Shown: positions 1 through 13,620 of the stretch, piece by piece | Layout: each line of letters opens with the position of its first letter | How positions within the stretch are numbered: position 1 is the first letter of the stretch | Origin: Vicugna vicugna | Lineage: Eukaryota | Assembly (NCBI GenBank): GCA_013265495.1 | Contig: MU058198.1 | Span: forward strand, 1,376,419 to 1,440,418 | Length of the DNA: 64,000 nucleotides | Direction of reading: 5' to 3' | Notes under the pieces: model-generated | What the model saw: the letters and a program-made list of their open reading frames with translations, nothing else | Told to the model about the DNA's origin: nothing | Database searches by the model: none | Translations under genes and position numbers: made by a program

Positions 1-687
1 AGCTTTCTCACCTGAGTCCTGCTGGGCAGCTGAGTAGTAAGACCAGTGGTTAAAAGCTCAAGCTCCAAAGTCAAATAGTGGACCTCAGGCACTCAAAGGG
101 ACCTTGCTAAACCTCCTTTAACTCCGTCCATAAGAGATCATTAACAGCCACCTCATGGAGTTGTGGTAAGAATCTAATGCCAGCAGCATGCGTGGTGAGT
201 GAGAAACCTGACAAGTGGTAAGTGCAGAGTACAGATTATTTAACTCAGTTCTTTATTATTGGGGAGGCCTTGGCCCGTTCTTTAACTTTCCTCAGTCTCA
301 ATGTCCTCATCTAGAAATAGGGGCTGTGAGGATTATAAGAGTGCTCTGAAAGCCCTTGCAGCATAATAAATGTTCAATTAACATTAGCTCTCCTATCACT
401 TGGCTCATAAGTGAATATCATTATTAGCATTTTCTCTCGCCTTTTCCCTTTGTGAATAACCTGCTAAAATATAAACTCCTTCAGGGATCTTTGTTTTAAT
501 CATAACATGCCCGCTGTGCCTAGAACAACGTCTGCAAGGTAGTAGGGGCTCAACATATATTCACTGAATGAACTTGCCTAAGACTTGACTCTCCTAGCTC
601 TTTGCTTGTTACTTATGTTCTAATTATCTGGCAATGAAAGCCACTCATATTTCTCTCCCCCAAAACCCCATGCAACTCTCTCTCCAG

Positions 688-3600
688 ATATAAATTCAAG
701 AAGCTGCGGCATTGCTTGACAGGAGGGGAGCCACTCAACCCAGAGGTGCTAGAACAGTGGAAGGTGCAAACTGGTCTGGAACTGTACGAGGGCTACGGAC
801 AGACAGAAGTGGTATGTTTAATGGGCAAAGTTTAAGTTTAGCATATTTGGAGACTTTCAACCCCAGAACTGTCAGCTGAGCCCCTGAGGTGCCCCCATGA
901 TGCTCTAAAATTGTAATGGTGTTCCCCAGAATTTCTGAATTGCCCGATTGGGCTTGACTGAAGGAGAATTATGATTACTCTTTGGTCTTCCTGCCTCCAC
1001 CCCACACAGGATAAATCTCAGAGATGTTAGGGATTGAAGAGGTTCAGAATTGAGTGGCTCATCTTTCCAATGCTCTGGGAAGGACCCCAGAGATCCCCAA
1101 TGGGGAGTTTATTCCAAGGTGCACTTAATGGAAAGTGGTAGTCTTAGTCAAAAGGAGTGGTTTTCAAAGCGTGGTCCTCAAATCAGCAGTATCAGCAGCA
1201 TGCAGGAATTCGGTAGAAATAAAAGAAATTCTCATACCCCTTCCCTCCTCCCTGACCTTCTAAATGAGAAACTCTGGGACGGGACCCAGCAATCTGTTTT
1301 AACAATACTCTAGAGGATTCTGATGCACACTCAAGTTTGAGAACCACCATATACTTTGGAAGACAAGCTTGGATACTGAGAAAATCAGGCAAAACTGGGT
1401 CTTGGGTTTCATTGTCACGGTATAGCTACAGAAAGTGAAATTTTACATATTTATATAAAATATGTCCTCTCAATAGGGAATAATTTGTGCCAATCAGAAA
1501 GGACAAGAAATTAAACCAGGCTCGATGGGGAAAGGAGTACTTCCCTACGATGTCCAGGTGAGTAATACCTAACTGTTTCAATAAGAAGAGAGAATGTCTT
1601 CTGTTTTCTTCTGTTCATTACACAACTATTTATAACCCATTTTCATTTTGTGAAAAGAAAATCTGAGGTACCTAAATTGTTTCTTTCATTCTAGATTATA
1701 GATGAAAATGGCAACATCCTACCACCTGGAAAAGAAGGGGAAATTGCCCTCAGACTAACATCTACACGGCCCTTCTGTTTCTTCTCTGAATATGTGGTAC
1801 AAGAATGTAGAGAACACGCTATTCACATTTTAATAAAAAAAAAAAAAGGTGGTGTAGGGAGTCATATAGACTTGGGTCCAAATTTCATATCCACCATGTT
1901 TTGCTGTGTAACTTTGGGCAAGTCACAAAATCCAAGTCTATTTCATCAGCTGTAAAAATGCAAAGAATATCCTCTCTCTCCTAAGGGTTTTTGCAAGATT
2001 AAATTCTAAGGGCGAGAAACCAGTTGCAGTGGGCGTCCTCACAAAAGGACAACTGGACAGGCTTTGGTGGGGAGAGGGGTGGGAGGAGGTAGACACATGG
2101 TGCTAGAGGTAGGAGAGAGGTTTACTTTTTATTATATTCCTGGATCTTTTGTGTTCTATACTAGGAACTACCTTTTCATAATTTTAATTTCTTCTAGAAA
2201 TAGAATGTACAATGTACTAGTCATTTCATGGGTGCCATACCCCATTTTTTATTCTGACTAGATTAATCCCCAGTGTCACCTTTGATTCGTAGGACAATCC
2301 AGAGAAAACTGCTGCCACCGTAAGAGGGAATTTTTATGTCACTGGAGACAGAGGCGTGATGGACAGTGATGGTTATTTCTGGTTTGTTGGCAGAGCTGAT
2401 GATGTCATCATATCCTCTGGGTTTGTACATTTTGCCGCTTTTAGAAAATAACAGTTTGCCAGGGGAGATCTCCTACTCGGTGTGTAGTGATCAAAGGCTT
2501 CTCTTTCTCTTCTAGGTACCGGATCGGGCCGTTTGAGGTGGAGAGTGCGCTAATTGAGCACCCAGCAGTTGTTGAGTCAGCTGTTGTCAGTAGTCCAGAT
2601 CCAATCAGAGGAGAGGTAGAGTGAATGCCACTAATTAAAGTAGCAATCTCATATTTTTACGTTCTGTCCATCTGACCAGTCTAAAGAGTGAACCAAGAGT
2701 TGTCATGTAATTCTCATTATGAGACACACATGTGGCAAAAACATATACTGGCAATCCACTTTACAAATGAGTTGTGTCCCAAAGGGAAAGTTTTAGGATT
2801 CTTTTGGTAGCAAGTGACAGAACCTCGACTCAAACTGACTTAAATTAAAAGGGAAAAAAAAAAAAGGAATCTATTGGCTCACACACCCATGGGTTCCTGA
2901 GATGATGTGACGTTAGCAAAATTAAGTCTCTTTCCATTTCTTGACTCTGGTGCTCCTTATCTTGGCTCTGTTTGGGCAGGTGCTTCCTGCTTGATGGCAA
3001 CCAACTCCAGATGTACACAGCTTAATAAACCGAGGGAAGGAGGCAGCTTCAAAAGTTTCAAGCAACTCCCAAGGCTGTGTTTGTTATCTTAGGTCACACA
3101 TCTGACCAACATGGTCCCAGGAATGGTATAAGCGGACTGGCCAGATGCTGTCTATCAGCGTCCTCCCACATCCCTGGATCATATGCCAGTCATCAGAGGT
3201 AGGAGACAGTGTCAACCCCACCAGAGAGAGGTTAGGGAAACCCTCCACAGGCAAATCAGGGTGCTGTTACCAAGGGAGGCCCAGATACAGCATAAACAAA
3301 AGCAGATTTTACTGTATGTATGATTGTTGTGGAATTCAGACTACATTTTCTGACAGAAACAGTGCAAATAAGAGACTGTGACCAGGTTCCCAAACAAGTC
3401 CCTGAAGCCTAATTAGGACGCAATGAAAGGGAACTCAGGGAATGACAACAGTAGCCTTAGTTCTAGGAGGAAATCATGTAATACGGAAGGGAGAAGTTTC
3501 CTTTCCTCATGGAAGTTTCCTACAGACACAGTAAGTAGCAAAACTTCAAAAATAGTTTGTCTCTTGGCATCTTGCCATGTTTCTTTCCTTACCCCCGGCT

Positions 3601-5305
3601 CACATAAGTGACCCTCTGTGTATGACACTACGGGTCCCCTCCTCATACCTCCTGTACCACCTCTGTGCTCAATGGATTCCATTCTCCAAAATATTTTTCT
3701 CCTGTTGCCATATTCTCTTTCTCTCAATAGAACTGATTTCAGCTGAACATCAGAATTAGATCTCAAAACCTCACTGTATAGTTGTATCCAAGCTTTGTTC
3801 GTAGGCGATCTCTGGCATTTGCATTCTTCACTCAAGCTGCTATTAGCAAATAAGTACCTGTGTTCAGCATTGGTTCCAAACTCTTGATGTATCTGAAAAA
3901 CAAATGTATCAATATAAACGGGTGTTTCTCCTGCAGGTAGTGAAAGCTTTTGTTGTCTTATCTGCACCCTTTAAATCAGCCAATCCGGAGAAATTAACTC
4001 TTGAACTTCAGGATCATGTGAAAAAATCAACTGCACCTTACAAATATCCAAGAAAGGCAAGTATTGTGCCCAAAAGTTAAGTGTGTGTTACCAAATAAGT
4101 GTCCAAAACTAGTAAGTGTATCGATTTTATTAGCTTTGACTTTATAGTAACTCATTGTATAAGCAGAAGACATCTGTTTCAACTTGCTTAGCCCTAAGAA
4201 TTTTGCTTTAAAATACTTCATGTTAGGACACTACAAATGCTTGATGAACTAGAAGCTTTGGCCAACTGTGCAATACTGAGTAAATACTAAGGATCCTATT
4301 TCATATAAGGGGGAAAAAATGGTGGCAAATTATTTTTAAAGACAGCACCTGACTTATCTATCTTAGTACCCTTATAAATTCAAAACATGTGTCTTTAAGT
4401 ATCAAGAGACCATATTTAAAGCTCAGAAAGAAGGTATTATCCAAAGAAACTGTGTAGTCTTTCCTGAAAGCTTCTTCTTCAAAGGAGAGATTTAAGAATA
4501 ATTCTATATAAAAGACAGAGTTGGCACTCCAATTTCCTTCTAGTCCTGAAATCCTATTAATATTGACTGATCCTCTACATGTGAATTCCATTACGTTTGG
4601 CATCATTTCAGACAAAAGGTAGCTAATTTCAACCTAAGAATTAGGTACATTTTCTCCATTCAGTTCACTAACTCAGTAACATTGCTTTTCAGAAATGTTG
4701 TTTGAAGACATTTTAAAATACAGTAGTCACACTTGGAGAGGAAAAAGAGTATTTTATTCTCAAGTCAGGACATAAAGGGAAAGAAAATTGTACATACTCA
4801 AAATTCTTTCTAAAAAATCCCCCTCAGAACCTCCACGACTCAGCTCATAAAAGGTCAAAAGCCAAGAATTAACTTGATGTTTCTCTTCGCTTTGTTTGTG
4901 GCCTCTATTTCCCTGGGGCAGAAGAGACCTAGGTCTGGTCTGAAAAATAAAATAAAGGGAAAGCAATAGAATAAAGGGATTATTCTTCTGTCAAAGCATA
5001 CAGGTGGATATGCACTGAAAACCGTATGATGTAGCTCCATTGTCATCTTTATAAGTGGAACAGTTTCTGGTGACCAAGAAATTCAATGAGCCTCAGTTAA
5101 GACACCCCCCAGACACTGAAACTCAATGCCAAAGTTTTAAGCTCTCTCCTGATTATACTGATAATTGGGATAATCAAATGGAATCAAGTGTCTCATAACA
5201 TGTTTTTCTATTAATTAGGTGGAATTTGTTCAAGAACTACCAAAGACAATCACTGGAAAAATCAAACGCAACGTTTTAAGAGATCATGAATGGGGTCGAA
5301 CATAG
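688..5305 (+). CDS. ACSM4: Acyl-CoA synthetase medium-chain family member 4, 3' part (last 7 coding exons; 5' exons upstream of window)
   Basis: Exons 688-811, 1477-1557, 1695-1796, 2293-2420, 2516-2615, 3937-4056, 5219-5305 splice in frame: [60 protein letters not shown].../FYVTGDRG...[23 protein letters not shown].../...[35 protein letters not shown]. All acceptors are AG and all donors GT except GC at 4057. The peptide matches recalled ACSM4, and the position next to THUMPD1 fits the rodent/ruminant gene order. Confidence 0.9.
1155..1350. mobile_element. MER5-like hAT DNA transposon remnant in ACSM4 intron
   Basis: 'agtggttttcaaagcgtggtcc...cccagcaatctgttttaacaa...gattctgatgcacactcaagtttgagaaccac' is typical MER5A text. 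Confidence 0.65.
2785..3290. mobile_element. Old MaLR (MLT1-like) LTR remnant in ACSM4 intron
   Basis: 'ttttaggattcttttggtagcaagtgacagaacc...actcaaactgacttaa...ggaatctattggctca' resembles the MLT1 family. Confidence 0.45.
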
Positions 5306-5633
5306 CCTGACAAGAAAATTGTGGCCTTAAGTTTTCTGGCTTTCTTTAAATTTAAAAGGCTGCTTTCTTTTAGTCCTTGCTTCCTTATAATTCAGTGACT
5401 ACTCTCTTAAAATGCGTAAGTTTTCCTGGTTAAAAAAACTCAATTGAGTTTTTGTTTTGTACTTAGCCAAAAAATAAGTAAAAATCTAAAAATATTTGGG
5501 ATGAAAATTGTTATGACCAAACCAACAAAGTCAATGACTTTATGACTTGTAGTGTTTAAAATAGCAGAGGTCAAATGATTAATTAGAAAAGCACAAATGG
5601 ACAATGAATTTATCTTGTACCTGATCAATTCAA

Positions 5634-5639
5634 AATAAA
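5634..5639 (+). terminator. Candidate ACSM4 polyadenylation signal AATAAA
   Basis: First AATAAA ~330 nt after the ACSM4 stop codon. Confidence 0.4.
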
Positions 5640-6060
5640 GAGTAGAACTGTTCTAAGAGAAATGTTGAAGACAAAATTTCTTCTGCTTAACATCTTTATA
5701 CTCTAATTCTTTAAGGTGGATTAGAATATTAATGTTAAAATGAGGGATGTAAAGAATTCAAAAGCCAGTAAGCGAATTTAATTAAGTACTGTATTATCAT
5801 AGCTCATTTTGAAGCAAACTCACTGTAAAATATCTATCACTTGAACTACTTCAGAGTTTTTAGTTATTCAAGAGTAATTAATAAATTTGGGGGGGTCTTT
5901 ACTTTTTTGGACAAGGTACACAACTTTTGATACATAATTTGCCATAAAAACATATTTTATGATATACTTTTATAAGTATAAAGCAAGAGACTTACCAAGA
6001 AGCAGAAAGGAAAGAAGAAGAAAAAAAGAAAGTAGAGAACACCAATCTTTAGGGAACAAA

Positions 6061-6066
6061 TTTATT
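6061..6066 (-). terminator. Candidate distal THUMPD1 polyadenylation signal (AATAAA on minus strand)
   Basis: TTTATT on plus, at the end of a ~3.4 kb largely repeat-free AT-rich tract after the THUMPD1 stop. Consistent with a long 3' UTR; not verified. Confidence 0.35.
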
Positions 6067-9000
6067 TTAATTTTTCTGAAAACATTAGGAGCTATGAAAA
6101 ACAAGCTGAATATGTGGCCATACCAAAAGCACAACACAAGTAAAAATAACATTTAGAAATCATGTTTAACTTTAGAGAAACATGTTTTAAAATACCAAGT
6201 TTCACATGCTTTCCTCCGTAGAGCAAAACAAGTTTACTAAACTGCAACACTGAAGTGGAGTTTTTGTTTTTTTTTTTTATCTGACAGAATTTTTTTTAAG
6301 TAAAAATTAAAAGGACAAAAAGCACTAAATTTCCATCCTGGAATCTCATCATTTACAAAATAACATGCTCAAATGTTAGTGAAAATAAACAGTCGGTAAA
6401 ACTGCAAACAAACCTTTCAGTGAGTGAATTCAGATTCCAACGGAACACAGTACTACTTTACGTTTGGGGAAAAGCTTTTGTCCCACTTAGGTCTTACCAA
6501 ATACAAATAAAATACAAAAATAAAATACAGAAAGGGATTAAAAACAAACTACTAAATCAAAATCTTTCTGCGGAGTAGCAGCTTCCACAAAACAAAAGGA
6601 ACCCAGTTCCACAGAGCTGTATGTTCTGTAAGCATATAGCCAATTTTCCTCCCAGAGTCCCAGAGTCTTGAACTATCAAAATAAAAGTATCTTTATCTTG
6701 GAAAAAATCTGATGAAGGCATCAAAATCCAATCATCCATGCTCACCTGATGATACTTAACAATGCTTTTATCAACCTTTCAACATGACTTTAACCTATTA
6801 AGAGTTAACATTCTATACAGGTATGTATATGCATGACTGGGGCACTGCTGTACACAAGAAGCTGATACATTATAGCTGACTGTACTTCAATTTAAAAAAA
6901 AAAAAGGTTAACATTCTAAATATCTAAAGATATATAAGGGAGTTCCAGCCTCACCTGCACTAGCAAGGCCCTTTCTAGTCTCTGTGCCCCTCCCAAATCC
7001 TTCTAGTCTGGTTTACCAGGCAGGACCACTAGCTAGGAGTATAAAATTGTATTTCCATGTTCACTAGCCATTAAACAAATATAGCCGTTGGTGCAGGAAG
7101 ACTTAACACTTGTAATACTTCCAAACTTTTTAAAACTTAAGAATAAATCCAACTCCAGAAGCTAATTTCACAACCCCTTGGTATTCTCAATCTGGACATT
7201 TTATTTTGCAGCCGTCTTTGGTGTCTGTCTCTTCCAGCTTTTTTCAGTTGTTTTACCCTGGAGGAACCCTGAAAAAACCTTCAAATTATGTATGTGAGTG
7301 TGAGCGCTAAACTGAAGGATACTCTTTGTTTCACAGAAATCCAGACATGTCAGACTTTAGTTTCACAGAACTGTCAGATTACAACTCTCACAGTTCTCTT
7401 CTCTCAAAGACAAAATCTCAGGCTGAGATTCTGAGAAAGGGTTCCAAACCTGGTCACACACCAGTGTTGGGAAAAGGAAGGGAAATGCTATTTAATTTGG
7501 TTTTGCAGTTCTTTAAGGAGAGTTTAAACAAAGCTTGAGACTTGTTGCTTTCTTCTTGTTCTCAAACCCAAGTGGCTAAGGAAACACTTCAAGATTGCCT
7601 TTGCCAACAGAATTATTCCAAAGAGTCAGTTTCTTTTCATCTAACACTCCTGTCACTTTAAGAAAAAAAAAAAATTTCTCCAGGTCCTTACAGAAACTGT
7701 TTGTTCATGCATTGAAAAATGTCTGCTAAACAAACCAGTTCCTGTCATCCTCAAAGCACTGAGCAAAATTTGGCCTAGTATTTTCTTGTAAGTGCTCTGA
7801 CAATTCACCTTTCAACTCAAACATGCTGTGGAGAACTCCTCCTCTGCTGAGTAACTGAATTTCTGTATGTAGGAGATTTATGTGCTCTTTGTTCAGGTTT
7901 TAGTTATTTTTTTTTAACATTCTCACATACATGAATCTTTAATTAAGTTAACCACTTTTGTAGCATTATTCAGAACTTCATTTCATCTCCAAGTTCTTTA
8001 TTTCAGCACTTCTCTGTGAAGAAAGCAGTGTGCTGTCACATCAACGTCAGGATTTTCTCTTATTAAAATGAGGCAAAAGCTGTCATGGAGCCAGCCACTG
8101 ATGGGGCACCAGAAGTACAGATAACAGACCGTTGGTTTTTACACGAAGACCTATTAAATTTATATTGGCCATTGTTTGGGGAGACTGTAGCAGCCAAAAA
8201 ACTGTCCTTGAATTTCCTCATTTACAAATCTTACAGATGTTATAGCATGACAAACATTCATGAAATCTGTTAACTCATCAACCCTGATAGAGAAGCTGCT
8301 GCTTACAGAAAATCTCTTTAGCATCATGTGACAAAAGTCAATTTATTACATTGAGAGCAAAGTCTTTTCAATTTCTTGTACTGCTCTTGATCTAGCATTT
8401 TAATGTTGGCACTACTAGATTCTTACCAACTAGGTGAATTTCTCTTTTCTGGAAGAAGTTCTGCTACTAAATAACTTGCCTCCTAAATCTTTTCACTGGA
8501 TGTGATTTTTTTCAACAAAAGCTTTGCTATCTGGAATTCCAAAGCCATTAAAATAATCAATATCTTTATCAAATGGCTATGATTTATAGTTCTAATTGCT
8601 GGAGCAAATGTTAGGTTTGTAAGTTGCATTCCATAAAGATGTACAATGGAATGGGACAGTCTGGATTCTGAGTCCACATAAAACCACTGAAGCGTAGCTT
8701 TCATTGTAAGGAATTTGAGTCCCTTGTTGCATTAGTATGCTGTAGTAACTCAGAAGACTAATTTATCACCAACCTAATCAGAAATGTCTGTAATTCTATG
8801 CCTAGAATCGTACTCTTCTATCTCACACCTTGCCTTCAAAAACTGAAGCACTGGACCGTCAGATCTGTTTGTAACAAACAAATGTTAATAAAATATAAAA
8901 ATGGGCCTAAAAACTAAACAAGAAAATCACAAAAAGAACAAAAGCGTCACAAAACAATTCACTTCTAACCTATATGACCCATGTCTTTGCAATGTTTACA

Positions 9001-9462
9001 AACAACAAAGTGGCAGGGGACAGCTGAGCTGCAATACATAAAAATTCCTTCCTGAGAATGAAAATTTAACTCTGAGATTCTATTTCACATAGCTTTTCGC
9101 TCCCATAGGTCAGTTGGCAGTGCAGAAGGGGCGGGTGGGGAAGGTAATCGTGAGGGTGAGGCCAACATCATCCTCCCACCACCCTCTGCTCCGTGCAGTA
9201 GGGTTCACCAATTTATCCACAGCTTCCCCTAGCTCAACCAGATGCACATGGGCCTACTGCACACTGCCAAATGGGGCTGAAAAATTTCTAATAGAACTGT
9301 TAACAGGGCTGCTCAATTATTGTTCACTACCGTGAGTACAGCATTATGCAGCAGACAAATTCAAAAACAGTATTTTTAGTCACAATTTTATATGGAATCC
9401 CACCATCATCTCACAGAACCACAGTTGAGAAACCTACCTCCAACACCAAATGGTTTTTTTTC

Positions 9463-12400
9463 CTATGAGAGATCATTTTCATTTGACTCAGATCCTTCTG
9501 CGACTTGACTTGTAAGTTCAGGTTTAGCTGCCCCCTCATTGATCACCTGTGTCTCAGATACTTGTTCTGTCTGCTTCAACTCACTATTCTCTGGTACCAC
9601 CTGCTGGTTATTTTTTCCTTCTGCTGGGTCATTTTGATTTGATTTGTCTCCAGATTCCAATGTAGCTTCTTTCCCATTTCCTGCTTGTGCTGCCCGCTTT
9701 GGGTTAAGCTGTGATGAGTCCTTAGTACTCTTCACCACCTCTTGGAGATTGTATTTTCTGAACAACGTGTAATCTTTCACAACACTCAGACAACAGACAG
9801 CTTTAATGATTTCTACTACCACTGTGTACTGTGGATTGGTAAGATCCACTTTATTTTCCGAATTGAGGCTGCCCACTATTCCTGCAACAAAAATAACAGG
9901 AAAACAGGCTGAGATACCATTAAGCTTGGGGGAAACAAAAATAATCTTTCTCTTCTCCTATTTAGAACTTGTTAAATCAATGCATATATACTAGTCCACT
10001 CTTCTACATGGACTTCAATCAAGTTCTCTGAACGCTTTCAATAAATAAATACAATCCTGAGATATTTAATAAAAAGGACTTTTTTTTTCCCAAAGAAAAT
10101 TCAATATTGATTTGGAAAAGACTTTAGCATCTAACTACCAAAAAAAATCTCATAACTAACATATTGAAAACAGGCTTGATATTATTTAAGGACATTTTAA
10201 TATACTCATTCTACACTCAAAAAACATAAGCCTTAAATCTTAAAAACAAGTATTTATTGTGGCACCCCTATGCAAAATCACTAAGAGAAACATACCTGCC
10301 AGTTCTTTGATAACTTCTTCTCTATTCATGTGACTGTTATTTCGAGATTTGTATACAATCTGAAATGTCCCTTTGTTTGGAGCTTTAAACCAGGGTTCTA
10401 AAAATGTTTCTGCATATTTTTTCATATCTTCTAAGAAAGCCTTGCATGTGCCTGAGATGGGTAACATTCGTAGAATAACCCGAGTCTTCTTCTTCTTGGT
10501 TTTGTATATGTCTTGGAGAATATGATGCACTAATTTCTCAGGTTCTAAAATAAAAAGAAAAAAATCAGCACCAAACAAACAGCACAAAACAATGTGTTTA
10601 ACAATATAAGTTCTCAGACATTTTAAACTCTTCAAACTCTCTAAAATAAGTTTTTCACTGGCAATGGCATGAATTGACAGTGGAGTAGAAAAAAATTATC
10701 ATAATGAGTTTTAAACAAGTCTAACCAATCATTTTTTCCAACTAATATTTCTTTGGTGCCTACTATGTACTAATACTGTATCTAACATGTTAACTTTGCT
10801 TTTACTGAAAATAATTGTTCATGAAGATGCTGGAGTTAACTTATTTGTGATGTCTGATTTATCTAATGGCAACACCACACTGTTGTTTTCCTATAACAGC
10901 AGCAACTACAAAAGTAATAAATATTAAATAGTACATGCTTTTTTACAAAAACAAAATAAAAATCTGCAAGTTGCTTAAAAGATTTAACCAATCCATTAGC
11001 TCAGTTTATGCAGAAGTCTAGATTGCAGACCTCAGAGGACCCCCAGAACCATGAGTTAGTTGCACAAGATCATAATGCAGTCCTTAGAAGGCATCCTGAC
11101 TACATGCAAGTCTGTTTGGGGCTGTTCAGTGTTTTCACTATTTTTAAATTAGTTAACTGCATTTAAAAACCTAGGAACTTCTCCAGACTTCCAACTTCTT
11201 TTGAAAAGTTAGATCTGGCCCTCCCACAACTATATCCCCAAATGGCTAGAGCCATTCCAAATTGGCTGGGGCTGAGTAGCAGCTGCTTCTTTTAGACAGA
11301 ACACGTACTCTTGTTTTGCCTAAAGTTATATACGAAGAAAGAGGCAAAGCCAGGTTTCCACTCCTAAGCCAATGCTATGTCCCCCACCCTATTCTACCTC
11401 TTCCATATGCCTAGTGCTAACACAGTGTAGGGAAGATGCAAGCAAACGATTGACTAAGCCATGCCCATGAAATCAGTTTGGAGGCAGTGGTCTCTGAGAC
11501 AGGGAGATGTCCAGATATTATCGGATCAATAATCTTAAGGTATATTAGTCAGACACACCTATCCCAAGTGTCCTGATGAAGACTACATTGTTCGCTCCAC
11601 TCTCCACAGACTGGAATCTTCTTAGTCTCATCTCTGTAGATGCCTTAATGTCACCAACTTCTTTCTTCAGGGCAGCCTCCACATCATGGTCTTCTTCCTC
11701 ACTTCCAGAGGGTTGCTGATCCTGGTCTGTAAACTATTTGCATAAAACTAATGAGCAGAAATGCCACAATAGCTTATGCTCAAAGTTGTAATTAACTACT
11801 TCTGTGAAACCCCCCAAAGCAGATGGCTCAATATTGACAATAAAGCTTTTGATTAAGATACCACTCGTCCAAAATGTGGAGGAAGAAGGGAGTTTCCTTG
11901 GACTGTGGTACATACAGTTTGAAAATGTTTTCAAAAGCTCCTTGACAGTCTGGAACAGAGGGAAATGTGCTCACCAGATGAATCATTTCAGGGTGGACTT
12001 TAATCCCATCACTAGATACCTTTGTGCCTGATATGGCACTCTCCTGTCAGATTAAACCAAACAGTTATGAAGTTAAAAATCCTTACTCCTGTTCTATGAG
12101 GAACTAGGCACAGAAACAGTTCAAGAACTTCCTCAAGGCATCAGTGTAGACACGACACGCATTGTTGCCAAGTTCTCTAACCCATTAATGGGGCTACCAA
12201 TCAGGCACTAATGGTAATTTTACACATTTATGGAGACTTCACTGTATATCAGAAAGTTATTTTATGTACATAAGCAAATTTTTTTGGCCAACCTTTCGAA
12301 GTTCTCTCATTATTCTTTTTTTTATCTAGCTCAGCAGAATTAAATAACATGCCCATCCCCTGATCTAGTAAATGACAGTACCTGAATTTAAAACACCTCT

Positions 12401-13340
12401 GCAGTGTGCTCCTTCATTTAATTCCTTAGTGTGTACGTGTGTATTGCTCCCAATCCTAAACCAATAATATAATTATTTCCAAATTGCAATGGGACAATTA
12501 GATTTTAGACGGTATTGTTACAAAAAGTTTTTACTGTTTTTGAATGTATTTGTAAAAGCATCTGAGAAGTACCTAGCACTAGTTCTAGAACCACTATTTC
12601 AGACACGCTATTTGCTTAGGACAAACACATTATTACAACCATAGTGTTCAAATGGTGGAAAGAGACGGCAAAAACCTTAAGGACGAATGAAGTGTGCCCT
12701 TGTGAACGTGGACCGCCTAGTAACCTAACCCACTTGAACCTCAGTGTCCTCGTGAGCAACACTTCACAGGGCTACTGTGAGAAGTAAATGTTTCTAAAAA
12801 AGCCTCAGGAACATTGCCTGAACTACAGGAAGCAATCTATAAATGGGAGCCACCGTGATCGATGATGCGGGGGTACGGGGTGGGAAAGACCGAAGTGCAA
12901 GCATCTCAAGTACGAGACCCGTTAAGGTGTCGGTAGCCGAGACATCACGAGGAGGCGGGAACACAGGCAAGGCCACGCCCCCACCGCCACGCACGCGGCC
13001 AAACTCGCGCAGGCGTACACGGGCAGCGGGCCTGCCACAGTTCCCTTCACCCTCAAGGGTCTGCAGGCCGGCCGGCCCGCCCGCCCGCCCGCCCCTCGGG
13101 GGCTGGTACCTTTTCCGGGCCATACATGTCGTCGCCATATTCGTTGAGCAGGCTGTAGGCCTCCTCCACGCACTTGCGCTCGTTCATGTTGCAGGTGATG
13201 AGAATGCCCTGTAGCCCGGGCTCCAGCTGCCGGGGCCCGCCGCCCTCGCAGCGCCGAGCCCGCTTGGCCTGCACGTACTGAGCCTTGCCTTTGCGCTTCC
13301 CGCCGCCAGGCTGAGGAGGCTGCTGGAGGGGGGTCGCCAT
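9463..13340 (-). CDS. THUMPD1: THUMP domain-containing protein 1 (tRNA ac4C adaptor for NAT10), 357 aa
   Basis: Exons 13340-13110 (MATPLQQPPQPGGGKRKGKAQYV...GILITCNMNERKCVEEAYSLLNEYGDDMYGPEK), 11733-11559 (FTDQDQ...RRFQSVESGANNVVFIRTLGI), 10544-10296 (EPEKLVHHILQD...TRVILRMLPISGTCKA...) and 9881-9463 (...NKVDLTNPQYTVVVEIIKAVCCLSVVKDY..FRKYNLQE...DLS*). All introns GT-AG; total 1074 nt in frame. Confidence 0.97.
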
Positions 13341-13620
13341 GGTGCGTGAGGGCTGAGGTAAGCGAGACTTGTTCCCGCACGGCCCTCGCGCCCTCACCTC
13401 TGTTGGCGCGGGCTGCTTACGTCAGGTGTGCGCGACGGCCTCCGCTGCTCCGTCCTCCAGTCTCGTTCCGAGCTACGCCGGGTCCTAAAGCCGGCGTGCG
13501 GCAGACCCGCCCCTGCGAGGATGGGCAGGCGCTCACTTTCACCTCACCAGCGGAAGGAGGGGTTCCCCTGGGGAAGTGGCCTGCCTCTGGGGTTGGCGGT
13601 CTCCCGCGCCCAGTATCAGC
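12860..13620. promoter_or_regulatory. CpG island / THUMPD1 promoter with E2F-like (TTGGCGCG 13403-13410) and CRE/ATF-like (TTACGTCA 13417-13424) motifs
   Basis: The only strongly GC/CpG-rich tract in the window, spanning THUMPD1 exon 1. Motifs read directly from the sequence; their function is inferred. Confidence 0.8.

Noticed and set aside
688..2615. Similarity and identical exon sizes (124/81/102/128/100) with 57241-63209 suggesting a recent duplication
   Set aside because: Ordinary ancient paralogy of ACSM4 and ACSM3; no intron similarity is evident.
3413..3967. 184-aa minus-strand ORF
   Set aside because: Antisense to an ACSM4 intron/exon, with no recognisable motif; likely chance.
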